Shown here piece after piece: positions 40,872 through 51,521 of a DNA stretch of 64,000 nt. The stretch covers positions 9,257 to 73,256 of the forward strand of contig JAUVYF010000001.1 in NCBI GenBank assembly GCA_030603215.1. The letters are read 5' to 3'. The notes beneath the pieces were generated by a model that was not told where the DNA came from, did no database searches, and saw only the letters and a program-made list of their open reading frames with translations. Position numbers and translations under genes: made by a program. The stretch is from Candidatus Bipolaricaulota bacterium. GTDB lineage: Bacteria; Bipolaricaulota; Bipolaricaulia; UBA7950; UBA9294. Numbering within the stretch: position 1 is the stretch's first letter; each line of letters opens with the position of its first letter.

Positions 40872-41965
40872 GTCACGATCTCCCCGAGGCGACTTTCTTC
40901 TTTCGCCCGCAGGATCTCCATCGCCACCCGCCTTCCTGGCCCAACCTCCTTCATGTATTTGTATTTCATGTACGGTGAGGTGGTCTCCACACACGGGCAG
41001 CCAGGGACACGCGGGCTGACATCGAAGATCACGAACTCCAGCTCCTTGGTGATCGCCCCTTGCAGGGCGAACAGCCCGACCATCCCCGGCGGATACTCAC
41101 GCTTACAGGCGTCGACAAACCGCCTCCCAGAAGCGAAGATCTTGCTCAGTTGCGACTCGCGCAGGGTGGCCCCCATATGGCCGATCTCCACGTTCTGCGG
41201 CCGGAGGTCGATCGCCAACTGCTGCGCAGCGGGGAGGTGAAGGAGACCATCGAGGTCGGTCTGAATGCGGCGGTCGAACCCAAGGAGGTCGATCTCGTCG
41301 CTCAACGGAGACCAGAAGAAATTGGCGTTTAACAGGGCGCCGACCACAAACTCCTCGATCACTGCATTAGCTAGTCCCTGCTCGCTGATCCGTCCCTCGG
41401 TCAGCGCTCGCTCGGCCGCGGCGCGAAACGACTCCGGGGAGGTGGCGAAGAAGAACGCCCGTTCTAAGGGTCGATCCTTCTCCTGTGCCTTGACGATCAC
41501 CAGGCGGTCGATCTCATCACTGTTGGCAAAGGGTTTGGGCCGACGCAGACCGGCCTTGTCCAGCAGGTAGTACTGATCGCGGGGAACGCCCCGCTCCTCG
41601 CTGCGGAGCAAGAACCGATTTCCCATGATCGGAACGCGAAACTCGTTCTCGATCCGGTCGTAGCCCACATAGCAGGAGAAGGAGCGGTTGGGGACGAACA
41701 GGGTGTTAAGCGAGCGCAGCCGTTCCTGAATCTCCGGCTCCCCCAGGTCGCGGAAGTGTTCGAGGACGATGACATGGTCGAACAAGTTGCGGTACTCCTT
41801 CTCGTACACCGCCTCCCGCCCGCGCTCGCACACCACTACCGTCTCCAACCCTTCTTGCTTTGCCCCGTAGCCGATCTCCAGTGCGGAATGGGAGCCGAGC
41901 ACTCCTACTCGCACTTCGTTGGAATAGGACGAGACAATCGCTTCAATATCGCTCTTCTCGATCAC
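40868..41965 (-). CDS. PurP-family ATP-grasp protein, paralog 2
   Basis: GVLGSHSALEI, VPNRSF, ERAFF, RESQL, GLFALQG, FDVSPRVPG, GRRVAMEI. Confidence 0.85.
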   Translation of the reverse strand: MIEKSDIEAIVSSYSNEVRVGVLGSHSALEIGYGAKQEGLETVVVCERGREAVYEKEYRNLFDHVIVLEHFRDLGEPEIQERLRSLNTLFVPNRSFSCYVGYDRIENEFRVPIMGNRFLLRSEERGVPRDQYYLLDKAGLRRPKPFANSDEIDRLVIVKAQEKDRPLERAFFFATSPESFRAAAERALTEGRISEQGLANAVIEEFVVGALLNANFFWSPLSDEIDLLGFDRRIQTDLDGLLHLPAAQQLAIDLRPQNVEIGHMGATLRESQLSKIFASGRRFVDACKREYPPGMVGLFALQGAITKELEFVIFDVSPRVPGCPCVETTSPYMKYKYMKEVGPGRRVAMEILRAKEESRLGEIVT

Positions 41966-43422
41966 TTGACTTCCTCCTGTGGGGACAACGATTTTCCTGC
42001 TAGGCCGCTCTCCACTCGCCGAAGCGTCTGTCCGCTTTCTTCGATCGCCAGTTCGGCGAGCTCGCGCGCGTAACCAATATAGCCGCTCGGGGTGAGGCGG
42101 GCCAGCTTTCCCTCAGCCAGGCTCAGCCCTTCGACAAGGGCGGCGAATCCGGCCTCATCGATCCTCTCCCCGTTTATCCGGGCCTTCACCCTCTCGAAGC
42201 CGTCAACCACCCCTTGCCGGCGCAGCGCAATCTGAGCCGCTTCGGCCAACACCTCAAAGTGCCGAGACAGATCAGTCGCTATCCCCTGCTTGTGCGCCGA
42301 AATCTTTTTCAATCCGCTTTGGAGGCGCTGGTAGGCGAGCAGACCGTGGGCAAGCGCGGTCCCGATTGTCCGTCTTACTGTCGATCCGGATAGGTCCCGC
42401 TGCAGGCGGGAACGGGTGAGGTAGTTCGCCAAGAAGCACAGGTCACAGTTCGCCTTAGCCAGGTTCCCTTCACTATTTTCGAAGTCGATCGGGTTCACCT
42501 TATGGGGCATGGTCGATGATCCGACCGCCTGTTTCCCGTGGGAAAGCCGCAGATATCCCAGGGACAGATAGAGCCAGACGTCGACGGCAAGATCGAGGAG
42601 GACGTTGTTCACCCGCGCCACGGCGGTAAGCAACGCGGCCAGCTCATCGTTTCCCTGCACCTGGGTGGTGACCGGGCTCGGTTCGAGGCCTAAATTGCGG
42701 ACGAAACGACGGGCAAACTCGATCCAATCAACATCTGGATAGGCGAAACGATGGGCGTTGAGGTTCCCCGTTGCGCCGCCCAGCTTGCCGGGCAGTCGCT
42801 GCCGGGCCAGCTCTTCGATCCCGTGACTAAGCCGCAACAGATAGACGGAAAACTCCTTTCCCAACGTGGTGGGGCTCGCTGGTTGACCGTGCGTATGCCC
42901 GAGCATGGGAAGCGCCTTGTACTCTTCCCCGAGGGCGCTCAACCGGTCTGCCACCCGCAGGAGAGCGGGGAGGATGACCACCTGCATGGCGCGGTGGATC
43001 AGGCGGCCGTAGGCGAGGTTATCGACATCCTCCGAGGTGAGAGCAAAATGGGTCCATGCGTTGAGCCTAGCCAATCCGACCGCGGTTAGCCTCTCCCGCA
43101 GGTAGTACTCCACCGCCTTAACGTCGTGTGCGGTCGGCCCGATTCCTCCTCTTCCCGCCCGCTCGATCTGGGATACCGCAGCGGCATCTTGTATGGAGAA
43201 TTGGCGATAGATTCCGTGAAGCGCCCTTTGCTCCTCATCATCGAGGGAGAACGGGATCTCCTCCACCTCTCTTAGGGCAAGGAGATACTTCACCTCGATC
43301 GTCGTCCGTTCCTTAATCAGAGCGTACTCGGAGAAGTACTCTTCAAGGACGCGAGTGTGGTTATCGTAACGTCCATCGATCGGCGAGATCGCCTTAAGCG
43401 CGTCTATATCGTCCACAGTCAC
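41962..43422 (-). CDS. purB: Adenylosuccinate lyase
   Basis: ISPIDGRY, HDVKAVEY, THGQPASPTT, GSSTMPHKVNPIDFENSEGN. Confidence 0.95.
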   Translation of the reverse strand: MTVDDIDALKAISPIDGRYDNHTRVLEEYFSEYALIKERTTIEVKYLLALREVEEIPFSLDDEEQRALHGIYRQFSIQDAAAVSQIERAGRGGIGPTAHDVKAVEYYLRERLTAVGLARLNAWTHFALTSEDVDNLAYGRLIHRAMQVVILPALLRVADRLSALGEEYKALPMLGHTHGQPASPTTLGKEFSVYLLRLSHGIEELARQRLPGKLGGATGNLNAHRFAYPDVDWIEFARRFVRNLGLEPSPVTTQVQGNDELAALLTAVARVNNVLLDLAVDVWLYLSLGYLRLSHGKQAVGSSTMPHKVNPIDFENSEGNLAKANCDLCFLANYLTRSRLQRDLSGSTVRRTIGTALAHGLLAYQRLQSGLKKISAHKQGIATDLSRHFEVLAEAAQIALRRQGVVDGFERVKARINGERIDEAGFAALVEGLSLAEGKLARLTPSGYIGYARELAELAIEESGQTLRRVESGLAGKSLSPQEEVK

Positions 43423-43453
43423 TCCTTCTAAACTTAGCTTAACTCAACGAACC

Positions 43454-45322
43454 CTATGAACCCAATGGACTCGACCATTCTTCAAGCTCTCCTACCAGCT
43501 TCTCCAGCTCGCGGGCCGCGAACCACTTTCTTCCTAAATAGCGGTTAGCCACCGCGCGGTAGACCGCGGCACACAGGTCACGAAATTCTGCGGGAAGAGG
43601 AAGGGGAGAACAAGTACAACCCTCTTGCCATCCCGGTCGGCCGGCGTGCGCTCGCTTAGCCTGGGTCACCGCTTCCACCCATTGCGGATTGTTACTCCGG
43701 TGGTAATTTCGCAGGACCTCTTTATTCACCGGGTGACCGGAGAATTGAAACCGGTTCTCATCCGGTGTCCCCACCACGTCGCAGACGATGATCTTCCCAT
43801 GGCAAACAGCAAATTCCAGTTTGCCATCGGCAATCTCCAGTCCTTGTTTCCTCGCTTGTGCGGACAGGATCTCTTCCACTTGCAGAGTGATCTCCTCCAT
43901 CTCACGAAAGAGAGCCTCGCTCACCCCAGAGAGCCGCGGTGCCTGTTCCCGGTCAAGGGGGCGATCGTACCCCTCCAGCTTGGTAAAGAACTCGACCATT
44001 GGATGAGGTAAAACTACCTCCTCCTCCGGCCATATGGCATGGTCGAGACCGAGCGCACCCGGGGTGTAGCGGGTACGCAGCGATGAGCCGCGGGGAACGG
44101 TGCGGCGATAGATCACCTCCAGGGGAACCAGAAAATCTCTCCCCGCCTCATGGAAGTAGCGCGGGTAGTCATAGCCACTGCCCGTCCATACCAACGGCGG
44201 CCGGTTGACCACCGTGATCGCCATCTCCGCGGAGGCATGCGCTAGCTCATTGTAAGGGACGGTCCTCCCTGAGGAGCGCACGCCGCGGTAGTGAGTGGTG
44301 ATGCCGGCGCGTTTGAGCGTCTCAAAGTTGTAGGCGCTCATCATGCACAACGACGCCCCTTTCCCGGGCAGAAGATCGGGCATCGCTCCCCAATCGAACA
44401 CCGAATAGCGATCGGTGAACAGGAAGCTTCCTTCCCCGGCACCGCTTGTTGTGGGAGGTTTGCTGATCGCCAATCGCTTGACCGAACCGACGGTAACGGC
44501 GGGAAAATGGTCCCCAGATCCTATCTCGTCGTTTATGTTATACCCTCCTCTGACCTCGCGGCCAAAGGCGACCAGGCGCGCTTTCTCCCCTTCCCCTTCG
44601 AGTCTAAAGTCCCTATTTGCCAGGTGACGAAGGGTGGCTAACAACAGCGGCAGTTCCCCACGCACCTCCACCTCGCGAATCTTGTTTACTAGCGGGTTTG
44701 TCTCGTACTCGGCAGCCTTGATCTGAGAGAACGGCTCCGTTATCAGCCTCCGCTGGCACTCCTCCCACAGGGATGCAAACCCCTCGCTACGCAGGGAGAC
44801 GGTGAAGTAGGAGATCGGCAGACCGGCATCCCATGCCGGGGTAGCGAGATGGACCTGGGCCCCGGCCACTTCTGCCTGTTCCTCGGCCAGCTTCCACATC
44901 ACCTCGCGCCAGCTCCCCTGGGGACCACCAGGCGGAGCTGGGTGGAGGTTGAACAGGTGGTAACGGCGAGAGAATTCATCGCTGGTGAACAACATGTACC
45001 CCACGAGCAGGATGGCATCGAATTGATATCCACTGATCAGGTTCACGATCTCGCGGTGATACAACACCCGCCAGTGCTCCCGATCAGTGCAAAAGAGCTG
45101 CGGCCGAAACCGGCGGGCGGAGAAGGGGATGATATCCATCTCCGGGCCGACGATCTCTCGCAGCCGGGGGGCATTTCCCGGCTCATCAAAGGCACAACTG
45201 GTGAAAACAAACGGGACATTTGCTTCTAACCTGCCTTCTCTTATTTCGGTGAGGATCCTTTCCACCAGTTTGATCCCGTTCTTTCCCCCGAACGAGCCGA
45301 AGATCCCGAAAGAATAAGTCAT
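43454..45322 (-). CDS. purC: Fusion of GAR transformylase (PurN-like) and SAICAR synthetase (PurC)
   Basis: N-terminus LVGYML...NLHPAPPGGP...VHL...DAG; C-terminus GSVK, FTDRYSVFDWG, VPLEVIYR, FTKLE, ADGKLEF, GTPDENRF. Confidence 0.85.
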   Translation of the reverse strand: MTYSFGIFGSFGGKNGIKLVERILTEIREGRLEANVPFVFTSCAFDEPGNAPRLREIVGPEMDIIPFSARRFRPQLFCTDREHWRVLYHREIVNLISGYQFDAILLVGYMLFTSDEFSRRYHLFNLHPAPPGGPQGSWREVMWKLAEEQAEVAGAQVHLATPAWDAGLPISYFTVSLRSEGFASLWEECQRRLITEPFSQIKAAEYETNPLVNKIREVEVRGELPLLLATLRHLANRDFRLEGEGEKARLVAFGREVRGGYNINDEIGSGDHFPAVTVGSVKRLAISKPPTTSGAGEGSFLFTDRYSVFDWGAMPDLLPGKGASLCMMSAYNFETLKRAGITTHYRGVRSSGRTVPYNELAHASAEMAITVVNRPPLVWTGSGYDYPRYFHEAGRDFLVPLEVIYRRTVPRGSSLRTRYTPGALGLDHAIWPEEEVVLPHPMVEFFTKLEGYDRPLDREQAPRLSGVSEALFREMEEITLQVEEILSAQARKQGLEIADGKLEFAVCHGKIIVCDVVGTPDENRFQFSGHPVNKEVLRNYHRSNNPQWVEAVTQAKRAHAGRPGWQEGCTCSPLPLPAEFRDLCAAVYRAVANRYLGRKWFAARELEKLVGELEEWSSPLGS

Positions 45323-45359
45323 AGCACCTCCAAGTTAACGTCGGGCGCAAGACCCGACA

Positions 45360-46589
45360 CTACAAAACCATGGTAGCGTCGCACCTTGCCTGCCTGTGCC
45401 GGAACACCGGACGGACGTGCGACACAGCTTCACCTTTTGCATCCTGAACTTTACTCCCTACTCTTAGCCCCTGCGCTCCTGAGGAAAGGCCATATTCCAA
45501 CTGAGATCCCTGTTTTCCTTTGCTCTTTACCCGGATCATTGGCTGGGGTGTGATCTTTCCCGCTACCTTGCCCTCGATCCCTTTCTCGCGGGCAAAGGCA
45601 AGCACCTCCTGCGGCTCGTCGGTGATAATCAGGTGAGAGTTTCCCATGTTCCACACCTGGTAGGCCGCACGATCGGAAACCGTACCCCATTCCTGCAACG
45701 AGAGGAACTCCGGTTGTGGGGGATAGAGATTGTCAAGGTCTGCACCCAGGCCGCGTCGGCGCAGGATCCGCGCCAAGTTACCCGGGATTCCACCGCCAGT
45801 GACGTGGACAATCGCATGCACCGAGGCGCGGGGATCGCTATGGTAGCCGCCCCACAAATCGACAAGAAACGGGGTGAGGATGAGGGACGGGGTGAGGAGC
45901 CTCTCTCCCCAGGAGCCCTTGGTCAGCGGCTCCTCGTACCACCGCTCTCCCAATCGCGTGGTCAGTATTCGTCGGGCCAGGGTGAGGCCGTTTGACCTGA
46001 TTCCGCGGCTGTGCACAGCGATGATCGTGTCCCCAGGAGCCAGGGTCGAGCCATCGAGCAGCTTTCTTTCCTCGACAATGCCGATCACATCGGCATTCCA
46101 AATGTAGGGACTATCGCTTGTTCCGCGCACCTGTTCCCCAAGCTGAGCGATCTCCCCCCCGACCATGGCCACCCGCGCTACCCGACAGGCGCTTACCAGG
46201 CCGGAGAAGAGCTCGGAAACGAGGTCGGAATCAACAGCAGCGACGTCGAGACAGTTGGTGGCGGCGAACGGCTCTGCACCGACAGCGGCAGCATCGTCGG
46301 CAACCATCGCCATCAGGTCAAAAGCCATGGTGTGGTGTCGGTTCATCAGTTGGGCGATCAACACCTTGCTTCCAATTCCGTCGCTGTTCTTGACCAGATA
46401 CCCATCACCACCGGGGAGGCGAATCGGGCCGGATGTACCGTCCGTCAACGGGTAAGGAACGCCGAACCGCCCATCCCGAAAGGGAAAGGTAGCCTGGCTT
46501 GCTCGATAGGCAATCTGCGAGCAGAGCTCTCCTGCCTGCTGCGCCGCGGGGCCACCGGCATCCGGGAGCGAGTAGCGAGTCTTATTCAC
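45360..46589 (-). CDS. purM: AIR synthetase
   Basis: DGIGSK, AMVADD, VGGEIA, GIRSNG, HVTGGG, WNMG. Confidence 0.9.
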   Translation of the reverse strand: MNKTRYSLPDAGGPAAQQAGELCSQIAYRASQATFPFRDGRFGVPYPLTDGTSGPIRLPGGDGYLVKNSDGIGSKVLIAQLMNRHHTMAFDLMAMVADDAAAVGAEPFAATNCLDVAAVDSDLVSELFSGLVSACRVARVAMVGGEIAQLGEQVRGTSDSPYIWNADVIGIVEERKLLDGSTLAPGDTIIAVHSRGIRSNGLTLARRILTTRLGERWYEEPLTKGSWGERLLTPSLILTPFLVDLWGGYHSDPRASVHAIVHVTGGGIPGNLARILRRRGLGADLDNLYPPQPEFLSLQEWGTVSDRAAYQVWNMGNSHLIITDEPQEVLAFAREKGIEGKVAGKITPQPMIRVKSKGKQGSQLEYGLSSGAQGLRVGSKVQDAKGEAVSHVRPVFRHRQARCDATMVL

Positions 46590-47361
46590 CTTCCCTCCCG
46601 GCGCTGTAATCGGCCATCCCCCGGAATATGGCGTAGCCTGGTCCGTAGCCTGACGTTTTTCCTCTGCGGGTCCAACTCGCGCCTTGATACCAATAGAAGG
46701 CCCGTTCGGGATGGGGCATCATCCCGAAGACATTTCCCTGTTGGTTGGTCAGCGCGGCGATGTCATCGAGCGAACCATTAGGGTTATACGGATATTCAGC
46801 TCGAGCACCGTCTGCCCCGACGTAGCGAAAGGCGACCTGCTTTCGTTCCACAAGTTTCTCCCACACCTCTGGCGGGGCGAGGAACCTCCCCTCAGCGTGA
46901 GCAACGGGAAGCTCGATAATCTCTCCCGGCTTCAGTCCGCGGGTGAACAGGTTATCGTTCTCCCGCCGCACCTGCACCGTGCGGCACTCAAAGCGGGCGG
47001 AGGCGTTGCGGGCGAGAGCCACCCGGGGGATGGCATCCTCTCCACCGGGGAGAATCCCCAGTTCCACTAATATCTGGAATCCATTGCAGATGCCAAGGAC
47101 GGGATAGCCATCAGCGATGAACCGCTGCAGTTCTGGGAGGAGAGAGCGAAGATAGGAAGCGAAGATCGCTCCGCTGCGCACGTAGTCCCCCGCGGAAAAA
47201 CCTCCCGGGATAACGAGCCCCTGAAACTCCGTCAGCCGACTCTTTCTTGCCAGGAGATCACCCACATGCACCAGATGTGGCTTAAGCCCCACCTGAGAAA
47301 GGGCGTGCATCGTCTCCGCTTCGTTGTTTGTCCCCTCCATCACCAGGACACAGACGTTCAT
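46582..47361 (-). CDS. purQ: FGAM synthase glutaminase subunit
   Basis: PGGFSAGDY, LGICNGFQ, AHAEG, NPNGS, MMPHPER. Confidence 0.95.
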   Translation of the reverse strand: MNVCVLVMEGTNNEAETMHALSQVGLKPHLVHVGDLLARKSRLTEFQGLVIPGGFSAGDYVRSGAIFASYLRSLLPELQRFIADGYPVLGICNGFQILVELGILPGGEDAIPRVALARNASARFECRTVQVRRENDNLFTRGLKPGEIIELPVAHAEGRFLAPPEVWEKLVERKQVAFRYVGADGARAEYPYNPNGSLDDIAALTNQQGNVFGMMPHPERAFYWYQGASWTRRGKTSGYGPGYAIFRGMADYSAGREGE

Positions 47362-49673
47362 CTGTCCTCCCGAAAGTACTTGGTCAATCCCTTTGCCCAC
47401 GCTTGCCGGGCCTCCTCCACCGCAATATCGATCAGTGCTGAGCTATCAGCGATGCGGATTCGCTCTCCTTTGGTTACCCCGATCTGCCGCACTGAACACT
47501 CCCGGAAGACGGCGCGAAATCTCTTTTCGTCCTTGGGTGCCACCTCGACGATGAACCGGGAGTGCGACTCGGAGAAGAGCTTCACCTCACTTGGCAACTC
47601 AGCGAGGGAGGTAAGATCGACCGCGCACCCTATCCCACCGCCGAAGGTGAGCTCGGCAAGGCATACCGCGATCCCTCCTGCGGAGACGTCGTGCGCCGAG
47701 CGGATCACGCCTGCCCTTGCCACCTGGACCATGGCGGTGCAGTTGCGCCATAGCTCGTTGGGATCGACCCGGGGCAGGGACGAGCCCTCTTCCCCGAGAA
47801 GGGCGAGGTACTCGGAACCAGCGAGTTCAGCGGTCGTCTTTCCGATCAGGAAGAGAAGGTTCCCCTTCTCCTTGAGGTCGGCGGTGAGCGCATTACGGAT
47901 GTCATGGATAATCCCCACCCCAAGCAGGACCGGAGTGGGAGGGATCGGGCCAAGGGCGCTTTCGTTGTACAGGCTCACGTTTCCGCTGACAAAGGGAACC
48001 CTGATCTGCCGAGCGACGAAGTTGAGCCCGCGTGCCACCTCTTCCAGCTCCTCCATTCGCCCAGGAAAGTGGGGATCACCCAGGCAGAGCGAGTCAGCCA
48101 GGCTGTGGGGCAGGGCACCGGCAGCGGCGAGATTGCGGCAGACCTCATCCACTGCCCCTGCCGCTCCCCAAAACGGATCGCGCTGGGTAAACCTGGGGTT
48201 GACATCATTGGTTATCGCCAGGCCGATGTTGGAGTCCGGTCGCGGCTTGATGATCACCGCATCGGCTGGGGAATGAGTGACCAGCTTTCCTTGTAGCGGC
48301 TTGGTCACTGTGCGTGCCCCGACCTCATAATCGTACTGGCGAATGACAAACGACCGACTGGCGATGTTCTCCCCCGCCAGCAGATCGAGGAGGACCTTCC
48401 CGTAATCCTGTGGCCGCGACAGAGGATGAACCTGTCTTGCTTGTTTACGTGATGATCTACTAGCGGGAATATCTTTCCACCGGTATTTTTTATTAGGAGG
48501 ATTAAGGAGAAATTCAGTGTCCAGGCGACCGACCTCCTCTCCATGATGGCAGACGACCACCTGCGGGGGCTCGATGACCCGACCGATCTGGCGATACTCG
48601 ACGCGCCAGCGCTCGAAGATCGCCCCTATCTCCGGTAGGTGCTGCGGGGAGACAGCGAGGAGCATCCTCTCCTGGGATTCGGAGATCCAGATCTCCCATG
48701 GGTCCATGTCCTCGCGCAGGTGCACCCGGTCGAGATCGATCTTTGCCCCGAGGCCGGCGGCGGCGACCATCTCCGCCACCACACCGGAGATCCCCCCCGC
48801 TCCCAGGTCCTTCATCCCCGCGACGAGACCGCGCTGGTTCGCCTCCAGGCAGGTATGCACAAGCGGTTCCTCCGTGATTGGGTCCCCCAGTTGCACCGCG
48901 GAGCGATCCTCGGTCTCGCTCTCCTCGGACAGGGTGGCCGAGGCGAAGTTGGCTCCGTGGATCCCGTCCCGCCCTGTTCTTCCGCCAGCAAGGATCAGTA
49001 GCTCGCCTGGCTTGGTCACCCGGCTGTGCACGATCCCCTCCCGCCTGACGATCCCGATGCAGCCGACGTTGACCAGACAGTTCGTCAGATAGCCGGGGTG
49101 GAAGGCGATCATCCCCGCACAGGTAGGAATCCCCATCCGGTTTCCGTAATCCGATATCCCCTGCACTACCCGTTCCATGAGGTAACGCGGAGGCTTTGTC
49201 CCTGGAGGGATGTCCGTTAATGGTGTAGCCGGTGAGGCGAAGAACAGTCCGTCGATGAGGGCGATCGGGAGAGCCCCCATACACAGGACATCCCTGATCA
49301 CTCCCCCCACACCGGTGGCTGCCCCGCCGTAGGGCTCGACCGCTGATGGATGATTGTGCGATTCCAACGCCACCACGTAGGCGAACTCATCGTCCAGCCC
49401 CACCACTCCAGCATCCTCCATGGTGATGATCTCGGTGTCACTGGGAATACCGATGATGTAGCGGCGCAGAAGCGGAGCCGAGGTCTTGTACGAGCAGTGC
49501 TCGCTCCACGCCTGGCCGAGTGCCTGTAGCTCAAGCTCGGAGGGAGCGCGGTTGAGCCGTTGAAAGTAAGCCTTGATGCAGCGCATCTCCTCGCGATTCA
49601 ACCCGAGCGCCAACCGCGCCAAGATCCGATCGAGCTCCTCGTCCGGAACCTGTAGGTCTATCGTCCGGTTCAT
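47358..49673 (-). CDS. purL: FGAM synthase large subunit
   Basis: WSEHCSYK, ESHNHPS, TGRDGIHGA, DLGAGG, SESQERM, VSGNVSLYNE. Confidence 0.96.
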   Translation of the reverse strand: MNRTIDLQVPDEELDRILARLALGLNREEMRCIKAYFQRLNRAPSELELQALGQAWSEHCSYKTSAPLLRRYIIGIPSDTEIITMEDAGVVGLDDEFAYVVALESHNHPSAVEPYGGAATGVGGVIRDVLCMGALPIALIDGLFFASPATPLTDIPPGTKPPRYLMERVVQGISDYGNRMGIPTCAGMIAFHPGYLTNCLVNVGCIGIVRREGIVHSRVTKPGELLILAGGRTGRDGIHGANFASATLSEESETEDRSAVQLGDPITEEPLVHTCLEANQRGLVAGMKDLGAGGISGVVAEMVAAAGLGAKIDLDRVHLREDMDPWEIWISESQERMLLAVSPQHLPEIGAIFERWRVEYRQIGRVIEPPQVVVCHHGEEVGRLDTEFLLNPPNKKYRWKDIPASRSSRKQARQVHPLSRPQDYGKVLLDLLAGENIASRSFVIRQYDYEVGARTVTKPLQGKLVTHSPADAVIIKPRPDSNIGLAITNDVNPRFTQRDPFWGAAGAVDEVCRNLAAAGALPHSLADSLCLGDPHFPGRMEELEEVARGLNFVARQIRVPFVSGNVSLYNESALGPIPPTPVLLGVGIIHDIRNALTADLKEKGNLLFLIGKTTAELAGSEYLALLGEEGSSLPRVDPNELWRNCTAMVQVARAGVIRSAHDVSAGGIAVCLAELTFGGGIGCAVDLTSLAELPSEVKLFSESHSRFIVEVAPKDEKRFRAVFRECSVRQIGVTKGERIRIADSSALIDIAVEEARQAWAKGLTKYFREDR

Positions 49674-49906
49674 TCCTTAAGCTCCAGAATCCGGTAATCC
49701 TCGATCACCGGGTTAACAAGCACCGTCTCACAGAGCGCTTTCACATTGGCCGGTGTCGCTTTCTCCAGTTCAATCTCGTACATCTTTCCCACGCGTATTG
49801 CGCCGGTACCAGCGTAACCAAGCAGAGTGAGGGCTTGTTTGATCTTTGCCCCCTCGGGATCGAACACCCCCTGTTTTAGGTGGACGTAGATCGTCGCCTT
49901 CCCCAT
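49670..49906 (-). CDS. purS: FGAM synthase subunit PurS
   Basis: LKQGVFDPEG, IRVGK, LVNPVIEDY. Confidence 0.92.
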   Translation of the reverse strand: MGKATIYVHLKQGVFDPEGAKIKQALTLLGYAGTGAIRVGKMYEIELEKATPANVKALCETVLVNPVIEDYRILELKE

Positions 49907-49907
49907 C

Positions 49908-51521
49908 CTAATCCTCCTTTGTACCAGGGAAGGCAACGCCGTTCTCGTTCATGTATCTAACAAGAAACTCAGGCGGGCGTTGCCGATTCCCGTGGTGAAT
50001 GTAGTTATAGTGTAGATCAAAACAGCCAGTACAGATCTTCCCCTCGAGTACGTGGCCCAGTACGGAGTGGATCCGCTCGCGGCTCACGTAACGAAACTCC
50101 ACCCCCTCCACCCTGCCAAACTGAGAGTGGTAGAATCCACGGTGAAGTGCCTCCTCCAACCGGCTGTTTTCCCGCAGGATCTCATTAACAGGCAGGAGTT
50201 TCACCGCCAGCAAATCCGAGGAATGGATGTCGACCCCCGCTCGGCAGGGCCCAATGATCGGAGGCCAGGCAGAGAGGATGGAGAGGCCGTTCCCTCCTTG
50301 CCTGTGCCACGCCGAGGCAAGCCAGGCGGATAAGTTACCCCGTACAATGCTGTCATCGACCACCAGCGCCCTTTTTCCCTGCGCCCGCTTCGGGGCAAGG
50401 GAGAACTTGCGCTGCAGACGACGGGCGATCTCCTCTGGCCCGTTCTCCAGAAATGACCTTTTCTCATCGTTTAATTGCAGAATATCCGAGGCCATCTCCA
50501 TATCAAGCCCCCGAGCGCGTGCTTCCTCCACGTAGCCCTGAGAGGCGCTGATCCCCGAGCGGGGAACAGAGGTGATGACGCTCCCGGCAAGGGGTGGGTG
50601 ATCCTGGCACAGCGCACGGCCGAACTCCTTTCTCACGCTGGCGATGGTGCGACCGTGCACCAGGGAGTCGGGGCGCTGAAAATAGGCGAGCTCGAAGGCG
50701 CACATTCCCTTGCTGGAGGTGCCGCCCAGCTCCTTGTTCATATCGAGCGTAAGGAAATCCGGTGCTTGGGGAAGCGCGCCTCTTTCGTGTCGGGTAAGTG
50801 AACAGATCCCGATCTCCCCTGCCGGCACGCTTCTAATCCTCTCCTCATGCCCTGCGCTGACCTCCCCTAGATGCGCCGTCTCCGAGGCGAAGAACCAGGT
50901 GGAACCAATTTTAACTCGATGAAGTGGATGCAGCCCGTCGCGCAGGTAGAAGAAGTAGGCGCGGTCTTCATCCTCGATCAACCCAAGGATGGTGAACCCA
51001 CCGAAGGGAAACGCCTCCCGGTAGAACGAGATGAGCGCCGCCCGCGGATCTCTTTCCTCGAGATAGCGAGAAAGGATGTGCCCGGCACAGGCGGCGGAGT
51101 CGGTGTGTGCCGCACCCAGATCTATCCCGCGGCGGAGAGCCTCCTGCCACCAGGCGGTGGTGAACGAGACCTCACCGTTCATCACGATCGCCACGCGTAC
51201 CTTTCCCTGGGAAGCGATAGCGGGGTGAACGTTCTCTATACTAGCCTTGCCTACGGTGGCATAGCGGACATGACCGAGGATCAGATCGAGAGGCGATTTT
51301 GTTGCCCAGCGCTGTAGGCGATGATAGCTATTCGCAGGGATCTTCTTTCCCGCGCCGAGCCATCTCTGTGAGCAGATACCAACGCTATTTCGCACGAGGA
51401 TCCCTGTCCCATTGCTTCCCCGATTGCGAGACTGATCGAGGATAGCGAGGGCGCGATCAAGCAGGGACAGAGGATCGTTACTGCGATCTGCTACCGGTAG
51501 AACCCCGACTACGCCACACAC
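49908..51521 (-). CDS. purF: Amidophosphoribosyltransferase (divergent)
   Basis: N-terminal MCG, GHVRYAT, NGE, CAFELAYFQRPDS, VVDDSIVRG. Confidence 0.88.
   Translation of the reverse strand: MCGVVGVLPVADRSNDPLSLLDRALAILDQSRNRGSNGTGILVRNSVGICSQRWLGAGKKIPANSYHRLQRWATKSPLDLILGHVRYATVGKASIENVHPAIASQGKVRVAIVMNGEVSFTTAWWQEALRRGIDLGAAHTDSAACAGHILSRYLEERDPRAALISFYREAFPFGGFTILGLIEDEDRAYFFYLRDGLHPLHRVKIGSTWFFASETAHLGEVSAGHEERIRSVPAGEIGICSLTRHERGALPQAPDFLTLDMNKELGGTSSKGMCAFELAYFQRPDSLVHGRTIASVRKEFGRALCQDHPPLAGSVITSVPRSGISASQGYVEEARARGLDMEMASDILQLNDEKRSFLENGPEEIARRLQRKFSLAPKRAQGKRALVVDDSIVRGNLSAWLASAWHRQGGNGLSILSAWPPIIGPCRAGVDIHSSDLLAVKLLPVNEILRENSRLEEALHRGFYHSQFGRVEGVEFRYVSRERIHSVLGHVLEGKICTGCFDLHYNYIHHGNRQRPPEFLVRYMNENGVAFPGTKED

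Noticed and set aside
45360..45480. C-terminal tail on PurM
   Set aside because: Looks like simple read-through to a later stop; no domain recognised.
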